Source: Eledone cirrhosa
Taxonomy: Eukaryota
Assembly (NCBI GenBank): GCA_964016885.1
Contig: OZ024741.1
Span: 277,760,001-277,824,000 of the forward strand
Length of the DNA stretch: 64,000 bases
Direction: 5' to 3'
Shown here: piece by piece, positions 1-15,000 of the stretch
Position numbering within the stretch: the first letter of the stretch is position 1
Layout of the letters: each line of letters begins with the position of its first letter
Made by a program: the position numbers and the translations under genes
Notes under the pieces: model-generated
Database searches by the model: none
The model's input: only the letters and a program-made list of their open reading frames with translations
Told to the model about the DNA's origin: nothing

Positions 1-3000
1 GTCGAGGGTTTGATGCCTGGATCGGAGCGGCGTGTTGTGTTCTTGGACTCACAATAATAAGGTCGAGGGTTTGATGCCTGGACCGGAGCGGCGTGTTGTG
101 TTCTTGGACTCACAATAATAAGGTCGAGGGTGTGATGCCTGGATCGGAGCGGCGTGTTGTGTTCTTGGACTCACAATAATAAGGTCGAGGGTGTGATGCC
201 TAGACCGGAGCGGCGTGTTGTGTTCTTGGACTCACAATAATAAGGTCGAGGGTGTGATGCCTGGATCGGAGCGGCGTGTTGTGTTCTTGGACTCACAATA
301 ATAAGGTCGAGGGTGTGATGCCTGGATCGGAGCGGCGTGTTGTGTTCTTGGACTCACAATAATAAGGTCGAGGGTGTGATGCCTGGATCGGAGCGGCGTG
401 TTGTGTTCTTGGACTCACAATAATAAGGTCGAGGTTGTGATGACTAGACCGGAGCGGCGTGTTGTGTTCTTGGACTCACAATAATAAGGTCGAGGGTGTG
501 ATGCCTGGACCGGAGCGGCGTGTTGTGTTCTTGGACTCACAATAATAAGGTCGAGGTTGTGATGCCTGGACCGGAGCGGCGTGTTGTGTTCTTGGACTCA
601 CAATAATAAGATCGAGGGTTTGATGCCTGGACCGGAGCGGCGTGTTGTGTTCTTGGACTCACAATAATAAGGTCGAGGGTGTGATGCCTAGACCGGAGCG
701 GCGTGTTGTGTTCTTGGACTCACAATAATAAGATCGAGGGTTTGATGCCTGGACCGGAGCGGCGTGTTGTGTTCTTGGACTCACAATAATAAGGTCGAGG
801 GTTTGATGCCTGGACCGGAGCGGCGTGTTGTGTTCTTGGACTCACAATAATAAGGTCGAGGGTGTGATGCCTAGACCGGAGCGGCGTGTTGTGTTCTTGG
901 ACTCACAATAATAAGATCGAGGGTTTGATGCCTGGACCGGAGCGGCGTGTTGTGTTCTTGGACTCACAATAATAAGGTCGAGGGTTTGATGCCTGGACCG
1001 GAGCGGCGTGTTGTGTTCTTGGACTCACAATAATAAGGTCGAGGTTGTGATGCCTGGACCGGAGCGGCGTGTTGTGTTCTTGGACTCACAATAATAAGAT
1101 CGAGGGTTTGATGCCTGGACCGGAGCGGCGTGTTGTGTTCTTGGACTCACAATAATAAGATCGAGGGTTTGATGCCTAGACCGGAGCGGCGTGTTGTGTT
1201 CTTGGACTACAATAATAAGGTCGAGGTTGTGATGACTGGACCGGAGCGGCGTGTTGTGTTCTTGGACTCACAATAATAAGGTCGAGGGTGTGATGCCTAG
1301 ACCGGAGCGGCGTGTTGTGTTCTTGGACTCACAATAATAAGGTCGAGGGTTTGATGCCTAGACCGGAGCGGCGTGTTGTGTTCTTGGACTCACAATAATA
1401 AGGTCGAGGGTGTGATGCCTGGATCGGAGCGGCGTGTTGTGTTCTTGGACTCACAATAATAAGGTCGAGGGTGTGATGCCTGGATCGGAGCGGCGTGTTG
1501 TGTTCTTGGACTCACAATAATAAGGTCGAGGGTTTGATGCCTAGACCGGAGCGGCGTGTTGTGTTCTTGGACTCACAATAATAAGGTCGAGGGTTTGATG
1601 CCTAGACCGGAGCGGCGTGTTGTGTTCTTGGACTCACAATAATAAGGTCGAGGGTTTGATGACTAGACCGGAGCGGCGTGTTGTGTTCTTGGACTCACAA
1701 TAATAAGGTCGAGGGTGTGATGCCTGGATCGGAGCGGCGTGTTGTGTTCTTGGACTCACAATAATAAGGTCGAGGGTGTGATGACTAGACCGGAGCGGCG
1801 TGTTGTGTTCTTGGACTCACAATAATAAGGTCGAGGGTGTGATGACTAGACCGGAGCGGCGTGTTGTGTTCTTGGACTCACAATAATAAGGTCGAGGTTG
1901 TGATGCCTGGACCGGAGCGGCGTGTTGTGTTCTTGGACTCACAATAATAAGGTCGAGGGTTTGATGCCTAGACCGGAGCGGCGTGTTGTGTTCTTGGACT
2001 CACAATAATAAGGTCGAGGGTGTGATGCCTAGACCGGAGCGGCGTGTTGTGTTCTTGGACTCACAATAATAAGGTCGAGGGTGTGATGCCTAGACCGGAG
2101 CGGCGTGTTGTGTTCTTGGACTACAATAATAAGGTCGAGGGTTTGATGACTAGACCGGAGCGGCGTGTTGTGTTCTTGGACTCACAATAATAAGGTCGAG
2201 GGTGTGATGACTAGACCGGAGCGGCGTGTTGTGTTCTTGGACTCACAATAATAAGGTCGAGGGTTTGATGCCTGGATCGGAGCGGCGTGTTGTGTTCTTG
2301 GACTCACAATAGTAAGGTCGCGGATTTGATTCCTGGACCGGAACGGCGTGTTGTGTTCTTGGACTCACAATAATAAGGTCGAGGGTGTGATGACTAGACC
2401 GGAGCGGCGTGTTGTGTTCTTGGACTCACAATAATAAGGTCGAGGGTGTGATGCCTAGACCGGAGCGGCGTGTTGTGTTCTTGGACTCACAATAATAAGG
2501 TCGAGGGTGTGATGCCTAGACCGGAGCGGCGTGTTGTGTTCTTGGACTCACAATAATAAGGTCGAGGGTGTGATGCCTAGACCGGAGCGGCGTGTTGTGT
2601 TCTTGGACTCACAATAATAAGGTCGAGGGTGTGATGCCTAGACCGGAGCGGCGTGTTGTGTTCTTGGACTACAATAATAAGGTCGAGGGTTTGATGACTA
2701 GACCGGAGCGGCGTGTTGTGTTCTTGGACTCACAATAATAAGGTCGAGGGTGTGATGACTAGACCGGAGCGGCGTGTTGTGTTCTTGGACTCACAATAAT
2801 AAGGTCGAGGGTTTGATGCCTGGACCGGAGCGGCGTGTCGTGTTCTTGGACTCACAATAGTAAGGTCGCGGATTTGATTCCTGGACCGGAACGGCGTGTT
2901 GTGTTCTTGGAGTCACAATAATAAGGTCGAGGGTGTGATGCCTAGACCGGAGCGGCGTGTTGTGTTCTTGGACTCACAATAATAAGGTCGAGGGTTTGAT

Positions 3001-6000
3001 GCCTGGACCGGAGCGGCGTGTTGTGTTCTTGGACTCACAATAGTAAGGTCGCGGATTTGATTCCTGGACCGGAACGGCGTGTTGTGTTCTTGGAGTCACA
3101 ATAATAAGGTCGAGGGTGTGATGCCTAGACCGGAGCGGCGTGTTGTGTTCTTGGACTCACAATAATAAGGTCGAGGGTTTGATGCCTGGACCGGAGCGGC
3201 GTGTTGTGTTCTTGGACTCACAATAGTAAGGTCGCGGATTTGATTCCTGGACCGGAACGGCGTGTTGTGTTCTTGGAGTCACAATAATAAGGTCGAGGGT
3301 GTGATGCCTAGACCGGAGCGGCGTGTTGTGTTCTTGGACTCACAATAATAAGGTCGAGGGTGTGATGCCTAGACCGGAGCGGCGTGTTGTGTTCTTGGAC
3401 TCACAATAATAAGGTCGAGGGTGTGATGCCTAGACCGGAGCGGCGTGTTGTGTTCTTGGACTACAATAATAAGGTCGAGGGTTTGATGACTAGACCGGAG
3501 CGGCGTGTTGTGTTCTTGGACTCACAATAATAAGGTCGAGGGTGTGATGACTAGACCGGAGCGGCGTGTTGTGTTCTTGGACTCACAATAATAAGGTCGA
3601 GGGTTTGATGCCTGGACCGGAGCGGCGTGTTGTGTTCTTGGACTCACAATAGTAAGGTCGCGGATTTGATTCCTGGACCGGAACGGCGTGTTGTGTTCTT
3701 GGAGTCACAATAATAAGGTCGAGGGTGTGATGCCTGGACCGGAGCGGCGTGTTGTGTTCTTGGACTCACAATAATAAGGTCGAGGGTTTGATTCCTGGAT
3801 CGGAGCGGCGTGTTGTGTTCTTGGACTCACAATAGTAAGGTCGCGGATTTGATTCCTGTACCGGAGCGGCGTGTTGTGTTCTTGGACTCACAATAATAAG
3901 GTCGCGGGTTTGATTCCTGGACCGGAGCGGCGTGTTGTGTTCTTGGACTCACAATAATAAGGTCGAGGGTTTGATTCCTGGACCGGAGCGGCGTGTTGTG
4001 TTCTTGGACTCACAATAATAAGGTCGAGGGTTTGATTCCTGGACCGGAGCGGCGTGTTGTGTTCTTGGACTCACAATAATAAGGTCGAGGGTTTGATTCC
4101 TGGACCGGAGCGGCGTGTTGTGTTCTTGGACTCACAATAATAAGGTCGAGGGTTTGATTCCTGGACCGGAGCGGCGTGTTGTGTTCTTGGACTCACAATA
4201 ATAAGGTCGAGGGTTTGATGCCTGGACCGGAGCGGCGTGTTGTGTTCTTGGACTCACAATAATAAGGTCGAGGGTTTGATTCCTGGACCGGAGCGGCGTG
4301 TTGTGTTCTTGGACTCACAATAATAAGGTCGAGGGTGTGATGCCTAGACCGGAGCGGCGTGTTGTGTTCTTGGACTCACAATAATAAGGTCGAGGTTGTG
4401 ATGACTAGACCGGAGCGGCGTGTTGTGTTCTTGGACTCACAATAATAAGGTCGAGGGTGTGATGCCTGGACCGGAGCGGCGTGTTGTGTTCTTGGACTCA
4501 CAATAATAAGGTCGAGGGTTTGATTCCTGGACCGGAGGGGCGTGTTGTGTTCTTGGACTCACAATAATAAGGTCGAGGGTGTGATGCCTAGACCGGAGCG
4601 GCGTGTTGTGTTCTTGGACTCACAATAATAAGGTCGAGGTTGTGATGACTAGACCGGAGCGGCGTGTTGTGTTCTTGGACTCACAATAATAAGGTCGAGG
4701 GTGTGATGCCTGGACCGGAGCGGCGTGTTGTGTTCTTGGACTCACAATAATAAGGTCGAGGTTGTGATGACTAGACCGGAGCGGCGTGTTGTGTTCTTGG
4801 ACTCACAATAATAAGGTCGAGGGTTTGATGCCTAGATAGGAGCGGCGTGTTGTGTTCTTGGACTCACAATAATAAGGTCGAGGGTGTGATGCCTGGATCG
4901 GAGCGGCGTGTTGTGTTCTTGGACTCACAATAATAAGGTCGAGGTTGTGATGACTAGACCGGAGCGGCGTGTTGTGTTCTTGGACTCACAATAATAAGGT
5001 CGAGGGTGTGATGCCTAGACCGGAGCGGCGTGTTGTGTTCTTGGACTCACAATAATAAGGTCGAGGGTGTGATGCCTAGACCGGAGCGGCGTGTTGTGTT
5101 CTTGGACTCACAATAATAAGGTCGAGGGTGTGATGCCTGGATCGGAGCGGCGTGTTGTGTTCTTGGACTCACAATAATAAGGTCGAGGGTGTGATGCCTA
5201 GACCGGAGCGGCGTGTTGTGTTCTTGGACTCACAATAATAAGGTCGAGGGTGTGATGCCTGGATCGGAGCGGCGTGTTGTGTTCTTGGACTCACAATAAT
5301 AAGGTCGAGGTTGTGATGACTAGACCGGAGCGGCGTGTTGTGTTCTTGGACTCACAATAATAAGGTCGAGGGTTTGATGCCTGGACCGGAGCGGCGTGTT
5401 GTGTTCTTGGACTCACAATAATAAGGTCGAGGGTGTGATGCCTGGATCGGAGCGGCGTGTTGTGTTCTTGGACTCACAATAATAAGGTCGAGGTTGTGAT
5501 GACTAGACCGGAGCGGCGTGTTGTGTTCTTGGACTCACAATAATAAGGTCGAGGGTTTGATGCCTGGACCGGTGCGGCGTGTTGTGTTCTTGGACTCACA
5601 ATAATAAGGTCGAGGTTGTGATGACTAGACCGGAGCGGCGTGTTGTGTTCTTGGACTCACAATAATAAGGTCGAGGGTTTGATGCCTAGATCGGAGCGGC
5701 GTGTTGTGTTCTTGGACTCACAATAATAAGGTCGAGGTTGTGATGACTAGACCGGAGCGGCGTGTTGTGTTCTTGGACTCACAATAATAAGGTCGAGGGT
5801 GTGATGCCTGGACCGGAGCGGCGTGTTGTGTTCTTGGACTCACAATAATAAGGTCGAGGGTGTGATGCCTGGACCGGAGCGGCGTGTTGTGTTCTTGGAC
5901 TCACAATAATAAGGTCGAGGGTGTGATGCCTGGACCGGAGCGGCGTGTTGTGTTCTTGGACTCACAATAATAAGGTCGAGGTTGTGATGACTAGACCGGA

Positions 6001-9000
6001 GCGGCGTGTTGTGTTCTTGGACTCACAATAATAAGGTCGAGGGTTTGATGCCTAGATCGGAGCGGCGTGTTGTGTTCTTGGACTCACAATAATAAGGTCG
6101 AGGTTGTGATGCCTGGACCGGAGCGGCGTGTTGTGTTCTTGGACTCACAATAATAAGGTCGAGGGTGTGATGCCTAGACCGGAGCGGCGTGTTGTGTTCT
6201 TGGACTCACAATAATAAGGTCGAGGGTGTGATGCCTGGATCGGAGCGGCGTGTTGTGTTCTTGGACTCACAATAATAAGGTCGAGGTTGTGATGACTAGA
6301 CCGGAGCGGCGTGTTGTGTTCTTGGACTCACAATAATAAGGTCGAGGGTGTGATGCCTGGATCGGAGCGGCGTGTTGTGTTCTTGGACTCACAATAATAA
6401 GGTCGAGGGTTTGATGCCTGGATCGGAGCGGCGTGTTGTGTTCTTGGACTCACAATAATAAGGTCGAGGGTGTGATGCCTGGACCGGAGCGGCGTGTTGT
6501 GTTCTTGGACTCACAATAATAAGGTCGAGGGTGTGATGCCTGGACCGGAGCGGCGTGTTGTGTTCTTGGACTCACAATAATAAGGTCGAGGGTGTGATGC
6601 CTGGACCGGAGCGGCGTGTTGTGTTCTTGGACTCACAATAATAAGGTCGAGGTTGTGATGACTAGACCGGAGCGGCGTGTTGTGTTCTTGGACTCACAAT
6701 AATAAGGTCGAGGGTTTGATGCCTAGATCGGAGCGGCGTGTTGTGTTCTTGGACTCACAATAATAAGGTCGAGGGTGTGATGCCTGGATCGGAGCGGCGT
6801 GTTGTGTTCTTGGACTCACAATAATAAGGTCGAGGTTGTGATGACTAGACCGGAGCGGCGTGTTGTGTTCTTGGACTCACAATAATAAGGTCGAGGGTGT
6901 GATGCCTGGACCGGAGCGGCGTGTTGTGTTCTTGGACTCACAATAATAAGGTCGAGGGTGTGATGCCTAGACCGGAGCGGCGTGTTGTGTTCTTGGACTC
7001 ACAATAATAAGGTCGAGGGTTTGATTCCTGGATCGGAGCGGCGTGTTGTGTTCTTGGACTCACAATAATAAGGTCGAGGGTGTGATGCCTGGACCGGAGC
7101 GGCGTGTTGTGTTCTTGGACTCACAATAATAAGGTCGAGGGTGTGATGCCTAGACCGGAGCGGCGTGTTGTGTTCTTGGACTCACAATAATAAGGTCGAG
7201 GGTTTGATTCCTGGACCGGAGCGGCGTGTTGTGTTCTTGGACTCACAATAATGAGGTCGAGGGTTTGATGCCTAGACCGGAGCGGCGTGTTGTGTTCTTG
7301 GACTCACAATAATAAGGTCGAGGGTTTGATTCCTGGACCGGAGCGGCGTGTTGTGTTCTTGGACTCACAATAATAAGGTCGAGGGTTTGATGCCTAGACC
7401 GGAGCGGCGTGTTGTGTTCTTGGACTCACAATAATAAGGTCGAGGGTGTGATGCCTAGACCGGAGCGGCGTGTTGTGTTCTTGGACTCACAATAATAAGG
7501 TCGAGGGTGTGATGCCTAGACCGGAGCGGCGTGTTGTGTTCTTGGACTCACAATAATAAGGTCGAGGGTTTGATGCCTAGACCGGAGCGGCGTGTTGTGT
7601 TCTTGGACTCACAATAATAAGGTCGAGGGTGTGATGCCTAGACCGGAGCGGCGTGTTGTGTTCTTGGACTCACAATAATAAGGTCGAGGGTGTGATGCCT
7701 AGACCGGAGCGGCGTGTTGTGTTCTTGGACTCACAATAATAAGGTCGAGGGTTTGATTCCTGGATCGGAGCGGCGTGTTGTGTTCTTGGACTCACAATAA
7801 TAAGGTCGAGGGTTTGATGCCTAGACCGGAGCGGCGTGTTGTGTTCTTGGACTCACAATAATAAGGTCGAGGGTTTGATGCCTAGACCGGAGCGGCGTGT
7901 TGTGTTCTTGGACTCACAATAATAAGGTCGAGGGTTTGATTCCTGGACCGGAGCGGCGTGTTGTGTTCTTGGACTCACAATAATAAGGTCGAGGGTTTGA
8001 TTCCTGGATCGGAGCGGCGTGTTGTGTTCTTGGACTCACAATAATAAGGTCGAGGGTTTGATTCCTGGACCGGAGCGGCGTGTTGTGTTCTTGGACTCAC
8101 AATAATAAGGTCGAGGGTGTGATGCCTAGACCGGAGCGGCGTGTTGTGTTCTTGGACTCACAATAATAAGGTCGAGGGTTTGATGCCTAGACCGGAGCGG
8201 CGTGTTGTGTTCTTGGACTCACAATAATAAGGTCGAGGGTTTGATGCCTTGATCGGAGCGGCGTGTTGTGTTCTTGGACTCACAATAATAAGGTCGAGGG
8301 TTTGATGCCTTGATCGGAGCGGCGTGTTGTGTTCTTGGACCTACAATAATAAGGTCGAGGGTGTGATGCCTAGACCGGAGCGGCGTGTTGTGTTCTTGGA
8401 CTCACAATAATAAGGTCGAGGGTTTGATGCCTTGATCGGAGCGGCGTGTTGTGTTCTTGGACCTACAATAATAAGGTCGAGGGTGTGATGCCTAGACCGG
8501 AGCGGCGTGTTGTGTTCTTGGACTCACAATAATAAGGTCGAGGGTTTGATGCCTAGACCGGAGCGGCGTGTTGTGTTCTTGGACTCACAATAATAAGGTC
8601 GAGGGTTTGATGCCTTGATCGGAGCGGCGTGTTGTGTTCTTGGACTCACAATAATAAGGTCGAGGTTGTGATGACTAGACCGGAGCGGCGTGTTGTGTTC
8701 TTGGACTCACAATAATAAGGTCGAGGGTGTGATGCCTGGACCGGAGCGGCGTGTTGTGTTCTTGGACTCACAATAATAAGGTCGAGGGTGTGATGCCTAG
8801 ACCGGAGCGGCGTGTTGTGTTCTTGGACTCACAATAATAAGGTCGAGGGTTTGATTCCTGGATCGGAGCGGCGTGTTGTGTTCTTGGACTCACAATAATA
8901 AGGTCGAGGGTTTGATGCCTAGACCGGAGCGGCGTGTTGTGTTCTTGGACTCACAATAATAAGGTCGAGGGTTTGATGCCTAGACCGGAGCGGCGTGTTG

Positions 9001-12000
9001 TGTTCTTGGACTCACAATAATAAGGTCGAGGGTTTGATGCCTAGACCGGAGCGGCGTGTTGTGTTCTTGGACTCACAATAATAAGGTCGAGGGTTTGATG
9101 CCTAGACCGGAGCGGCGTGTTGTGTTCTTGGACTCACAATAATAAGGTCGAGGGTGTGATGCCTAGACCGGAGCGGCGTGTTGTGTTCTTGGACTCACAA
9201 TAATAAGGTCGAGGGTTTGATGCCTAGACCGGAGCGGCGTGTTGTGTTCTTGGACTCACAATAATAAGGTCGAGGGTTTGATTCCTGGACCGGAGCGGCG
9301 TGTTGTGTTCTTGGACTCACAATAATAAGGTCGAGGGTTTGATGCCTAGACCGGAGCGGCGTGTTGTGTTCTTGGACTCACAATAATAAGGTCGAGGGTG
9401 TGATGCCTAGACCGGAGCGGCGTGTTGTGTTCTTGGACTCACAATAATAAGGTCGAGGGTTTGATGCCTAGACCGGAGCGGCGTGTTGTGTTCTTGGACT
9501 CACAATAATAAGGTCGAGGGTTTGATTCCTGGACCGGAGCGGCGTGTTGTGTTCTTGGACTCACAATAATAAGGTCGAGGGTTTGATGCCTAGACCGGAG
9601 CGGCGTGTTGTGTTCTTGGACTCACAATAATAAGGTCGAGGGTTTGATTCCTGGACCGGAGCGGCGTGTTGTGTTCTTGGACTCACAATAATAAGGTCGA
9701 GGGTTTGATGCCTAGACCGGAGCGGCGTGTTGTGTTCTTGGACTCACAATAATAAGGTCGAGGGTGTGATGCCTAGACCGGAGCGGCGTGTTGTGTTCTT
9801 GGACTCACAATAATAAGGTCGAGGGTTTGATGCCTGGACCGGAGCGGCGTGTTGTGTTCTTGGACTCACAATAATAAGGTCGAGGGTGTGATGCCTAGAC
9901 CGGAGCGGCGTGTTGTGTTCTTGGACTCACAATAATAAGGTCGAGGGTTTGATGCCTAGACCGGAGCGGCGTGTTGTGTTCTTGGACTCACAATAATAAG
10001 GTCGAGGGTGTGATGCCTAGACCGGAGCGGCGTGTTGTGTTCTTGGACTCACAATAATAAGGTCGAGGGTGTGATGCCTAGACCGGAGCGGCGTGTTGTG
10101 TTCTTGGACTCACAATAATAAGGTCGAGGGTGTGATGCCTAGACCGGAGCGGCGTGTTGTGTTCTTGGACTCACAATAATAAGGTCGAGGGTGTGATGCC
10201 TGGATCGGAGCGGCGTGTTGTGTTCTTGGACTCACAATAATAAGGTCGAGGGTTTGATTCCTGGACCGGAGCGGCGTGTTGTGTTCTTGGACTCACAATA
10301 ATAAGGTCGAGGTTGTGATGACTAGATCGGAGCGGCGTGTTGTGTTCTTGGACTCACAATAATAAGGTCGAGGGTTTGATTCCTGGACCGGAGCGGCGTG
10401 TTGTGTTCTTGGACTCACAATAATAAGGTCGAGGGTTTGATTCCTGGACCGGAGCGGCGTGTTGTGTTCTTGGACTCACAATAATAAGGTCGAGGGTGTG
10501 ATGCCTAGACCGGAGCGGCGTGTTGTGTTCTTGGACTCACAATAATAAGGTCGAGGGTTTGATTCCTGGATCGGAGCGGCGTGTTGTGTTCTTGGACTCA
10601 CAATAATAAGGTCGAGGGTTTGATTCCTGGATCGGAGCGGCGTGTTGTGTTCTTGGACTCACAATAATAAGGTCGAGGGTTTGATGCCTAGACCGGAGCG
10701 GCGTGTTGTGTTCTTGGACTCACAATAATAAGGTCGAGGGTGTGATGCCTGGATCGGAGCGGCGTGTTGTGTTCTTGGACTCACAATAATAAGGTCGAGG
10801 GTTTGATGCCTAGACCGGAGCGGCGTGTTGTGTTCTTGGACTCACAATAATAAGGTCGAGGGTTTGATTCCTGGATCGGAGCGGCGTGTTGTGTTCTTGG
10901 ACTCACAATAATAAGGTCGAGGGTTTGATGCCTAGACCGGAGCGGCGTGTTGTGTTCTTGGACTACAATAATAAGGTCGAGGGTTTGATGCCTAGACCGG
11001 AGCGGCGTGTTGTGTTCTTGGACTCACAATAATAAGGTCGAGGGTGTGATGCCTAGACCGGAGCGGCGTGTTGTGTTCTTGGACTCACAATAATAAGGTC
11101 GAGGGTTTGATTCCTGGATCGGAGCGGCGTGTTGTGTTCTTGGACTCACAATAATAAGGTCGAGGGTTTGATGCCTAGACCGGAGCGGCGTGTTGTGTTC
11201 TTGGACTCACAATAATAAGGTCGAGGGTTTGATGCCTAGACCGGAGCGGCGTGTTGTGTTCTTGGACTCACAATAATAAGGTCGAGGGTTTGATTCCTGG
11301 ACCGGAGCGGCGTGTTGTGTTCTTGGACTCACAATAATAAGGTCGAGGGTTTGATTCCTGGATCGGAGCGGCGTGTTGTGTTCTTGGACTCACAATAATA
11401 AGGTCGAGGGTTTGATTCCTGGACCGGAGCGGCGTGTTGTGTTCTTGGACTCACAATAATAAGGTCGAGGGTGTGATGCCTAGACCGGAGCGGCGTGTTG
11501 TGTTCTTGGACTCACAATAATAAGGTCGAGGGTTTGATGCCTAGACCGGAGCGGCGTGTTGTGTTCTTGGACTCACAATAATAAGGTCGAGGGTTTGATG
11601 CCTTGATCGGAGCGGCGTGTTGTGTTCTTGGACTCACAATAATAAGGTCGAGGGTTTGATGCCTTGATCGGAGCGGCGTGTTGTGTTCTTGGACCTACAA
11701 TAATAAGGTCGAGGGTGTGATGCCTAGACCGGAGCGGCGTGTTGTGTTCTTGGACTCACAATAATAAGGTCGAGGGTTTGATGCCTTGATCGGAGCGGCG
11801 TGTTGTGTTCTTGGACCTACAATAATAAGGTCGAGGGTGTGATGCCTAGACCGGAGCGGCGTGTTGTGTTCTTGGACTCACAATAATAAGGTCGAGGGTT
11901 TGATGCCTAGACCGGAGCGGCGTGTTGTGTTCTTGGACTCACAACAATAAGGTCGAGGGTTTGATGCCTTGATCGGAGCGGCGTGTTGTGTTCTTGGACT

Positions 12001-15000
12001 CACAATAATAAGGTCGAGGTTGTGATGACTAGACCGGAGCGGCGTGTTGTGTTCTTGGACTCACAATAATAAGGTCGAGGGTGTGATGCCTGGACCGGAG
12101 CGGCGTGTTGTGTTCTTGGACTCACAATAATAAGGTCGAGGGTGTGATGCCTAGACCGGAGCGGCGTGTTGTGTTCTTGGACTCACAATAATAAGGTCGA
12201 GGGTTTGATTCCTGGATCGGAGCGGCGTGTTGTGTTCTTGGACTCACAATAATAAGGTCGAGGGTTTGATGCCTAGACCGGAGCGGCGTGTTGTGTTCTT
12301 GGACTCACAATAATAAGGTCGAGGGTTTGATGCCTAGACCGGAGCGGCGTGTTGTGTTCTTGGACTCACAATAATAAGGTCGAGGGTTTGATGCCTAGAC
12401 CGGAGCGGCGTGTTGTGTTCTTGGACTCACAATAATAAGGTCGAGGGTTTGATGCCTAGACCGGAGCGGCGTGTTGTGTTCTTGGACTCACAATAATAAG
12501 GTCGAGGGTGTGATGCCTAGACCGGAGCGGCGTGTTGTGTTCTTGGACTCACAATAATAAGGTCGAGGGTTTGATGCCTAGACCGGAGCGGCGTGTTGTG
12601 TTCTTGGACTCACAATAATAAGGTCGAGGGTTTGATTCCTGGACCGGAGCGGCGTGTTGTGTTCTTGGACTCACAATAATAAGGTCGAGGGTTTGATGCC
12701 TAGACCGGAGCGGCGTGTTGTGTTCTTGGACTCACAATAATAAGGTCGAGGGTGTGATGCCTAGACCGGAGCGGCGTGTTGTGTTCTTGGACTCACAATA
12801 ATAAGGTCGAGGGTTTGATGCCTAGACCGGAGCGGCGTGTTGTGTTCTTGGACTCACAATAATAAGGTCGAGGGTTTGATTCCTGGACCGGAGCGGCGTG
12901 TTGTGTTCTTGGACTCACAATAATAAGGTCGAGGGTTTGATGCCTAGACCGGAGCGGCGTGTTGTGTTCTTGGACTCACAATAATAAGGTCGAGGGTTTG
13001 ATTCCTGGACCGGAGCGGCGTGTTGTGTTCTTGGACTCACAATAATAAGGTCGAGGGTTTGATGCCTAGACCGGAGCGGCGTGTTGTGTTCTTGGACTCA
13101 CAATAATAAGGTCGAGGGTGTGATGCCTAGACCGGAGCGGCGTGTTGTGTTCTTGGACTCACAATAATAAGGTCGAGGGTTTGATGCCTGGACCGGAGCG
13201 GCGTGTTGTGTTCTTGGACTCACAATAATAAGGTCGAGGGTGTGATGCCTAGACCGGAGCGGCGTGTTGTGTTCTTGGACTCACAATAATAAGGTCGAGG
13301 GTTTGATGCCTAGACCGGAGCGGCGTGTTGTGTTCTTGGACTCACAATAATAAGGTCGAGGGTGTGATGCCTAGACCGGAGCGGCGTGTTGTGTTCTTGG
13401 ACTCACAATAATAAGGTCGAGGGTGTGATGCCTAGACCGGAGCGGCGTGTTGTGTTCTTGGACTCACAATAATAAGGTCGAGGGTGTGATGCCTAGACCG
13501 GAGCGGCGTGTTGTGTTCTTGGACTCACAATAATAAGGTCGAGGGTGTGATGCCTGGATCGGAGCGGCGTGTTGTGTTCTTGGACTCACAATAATAAGGT
13601 CGAGGGTTTGATTCCTGGACCGGAGCGGCGTGTTGTGTTCTTGGACTCACAATAATAAGGTCGAGGTTGTGATGACTAGATCGGAGCGGCGTGTTGTGTT
13701 CTTGGACTCACAATAATAAGGTCGAGGGTTTGATTCCTGGACCGGAGCGGCGTGTTGTGTTCTTGGACTCACAATAATAAGGTCGAGGGTTTGATTCCTG
13801 GACCGGAGCGGCGTGTTGTGTTCTTGGACTCACAATAATAAGGTCGAGGGTGTGATGCCTAGACCGGAGCGGCGTGTTGTGTTCTTGGACTCACAATAAT
13901 AAGGTCGAGGGTTTGATTCCTGGATCGGAGCGGCGTGTTGTGTTCTTGGACTCACAATAATAAGGTCGAGGGTTTGATTCCTGGATCGGAGCGGCGTGTT
14001 GTGTTCTTGGACTCACAATAATAAGGTCGAGGGTTTGATGCCTAGACCGGAGCGGCGTGTTGTGTTCTTGGACTCACAATAATAAGGTCGAGGGTGTGAT
14101 GCCTGGATCGGAGCGGCGTGTTGTGTTCTTGGACTCACAATAATAAGGTCGAGGGTTTGATGCCTAGACCGGAGCGGCGTGTTGTGTTCTTGGACTCACA
14201 ATAATAAGGTCGAGGGTTTGATTCCTGGATCGGAGCGGCGTGTTGTGTTCTTGGACTCACAATAATAAGGTCGAGGGTTTGATGCCTAGACCGGAGCGGC
14301 GTGTTGTGTTCTTGGACTACAATAATAAGGTCGAGGGTTTGATGCCTAGACCGGAGCGGCGTGTTGTGTTCTTGGACTCACAATAATAAGGTCGAGGGTG
14401 TGATGCCTGGACCGGAGCGGCGTGTTGTGTTCTTGGACTCACAATAATAAGGTCGAGGGTTTGATTCCTGGACCGGAGCGGCGTGTTGTGTTCTTGGACT
14501 CACAATAATAAGGTCGAGGGTTTGATTCCTGGATCGGAGCGGCGTGTTGTGTTCTTGGACTCACAATAATAAGGTCGAGGGTTTGATTCCTGGACCGGAG
14601 CGGCGTGTTGTGTTCTTGGACTCACAATAATAAGGTCGAGGGTGTGATGCCTAGACCGGAGCGGCGTGTTGTGTTCTTGGACTCACAATAATAAGGTCGA
14701 GGGTTTGATGCCTAGACCGGAGCGGCGTGTTGTGTTCTTGGACTCACAATAATAAGGTCGAGGGTTTGATTCCTGGACCGGAGCGGCGTGTTGTGTTCTT
14801 GGACTCACAATAATAAGGTCGAGGGTTTGATTCCTGGATCGGAGCGGCGTGTTGTGTTCTTGGACTCACAATAATAAGGTCGAGGGTTTGATTCCTGGAC
14901 CGGAGCGGCGTGTTGTGTTCTTGGACTCACAATAATAAGGTCGAGGGTGTGATGCCTAGACCGGAGCGGCGTGTTGTGTTCTTGGACTCACAATAATAAG

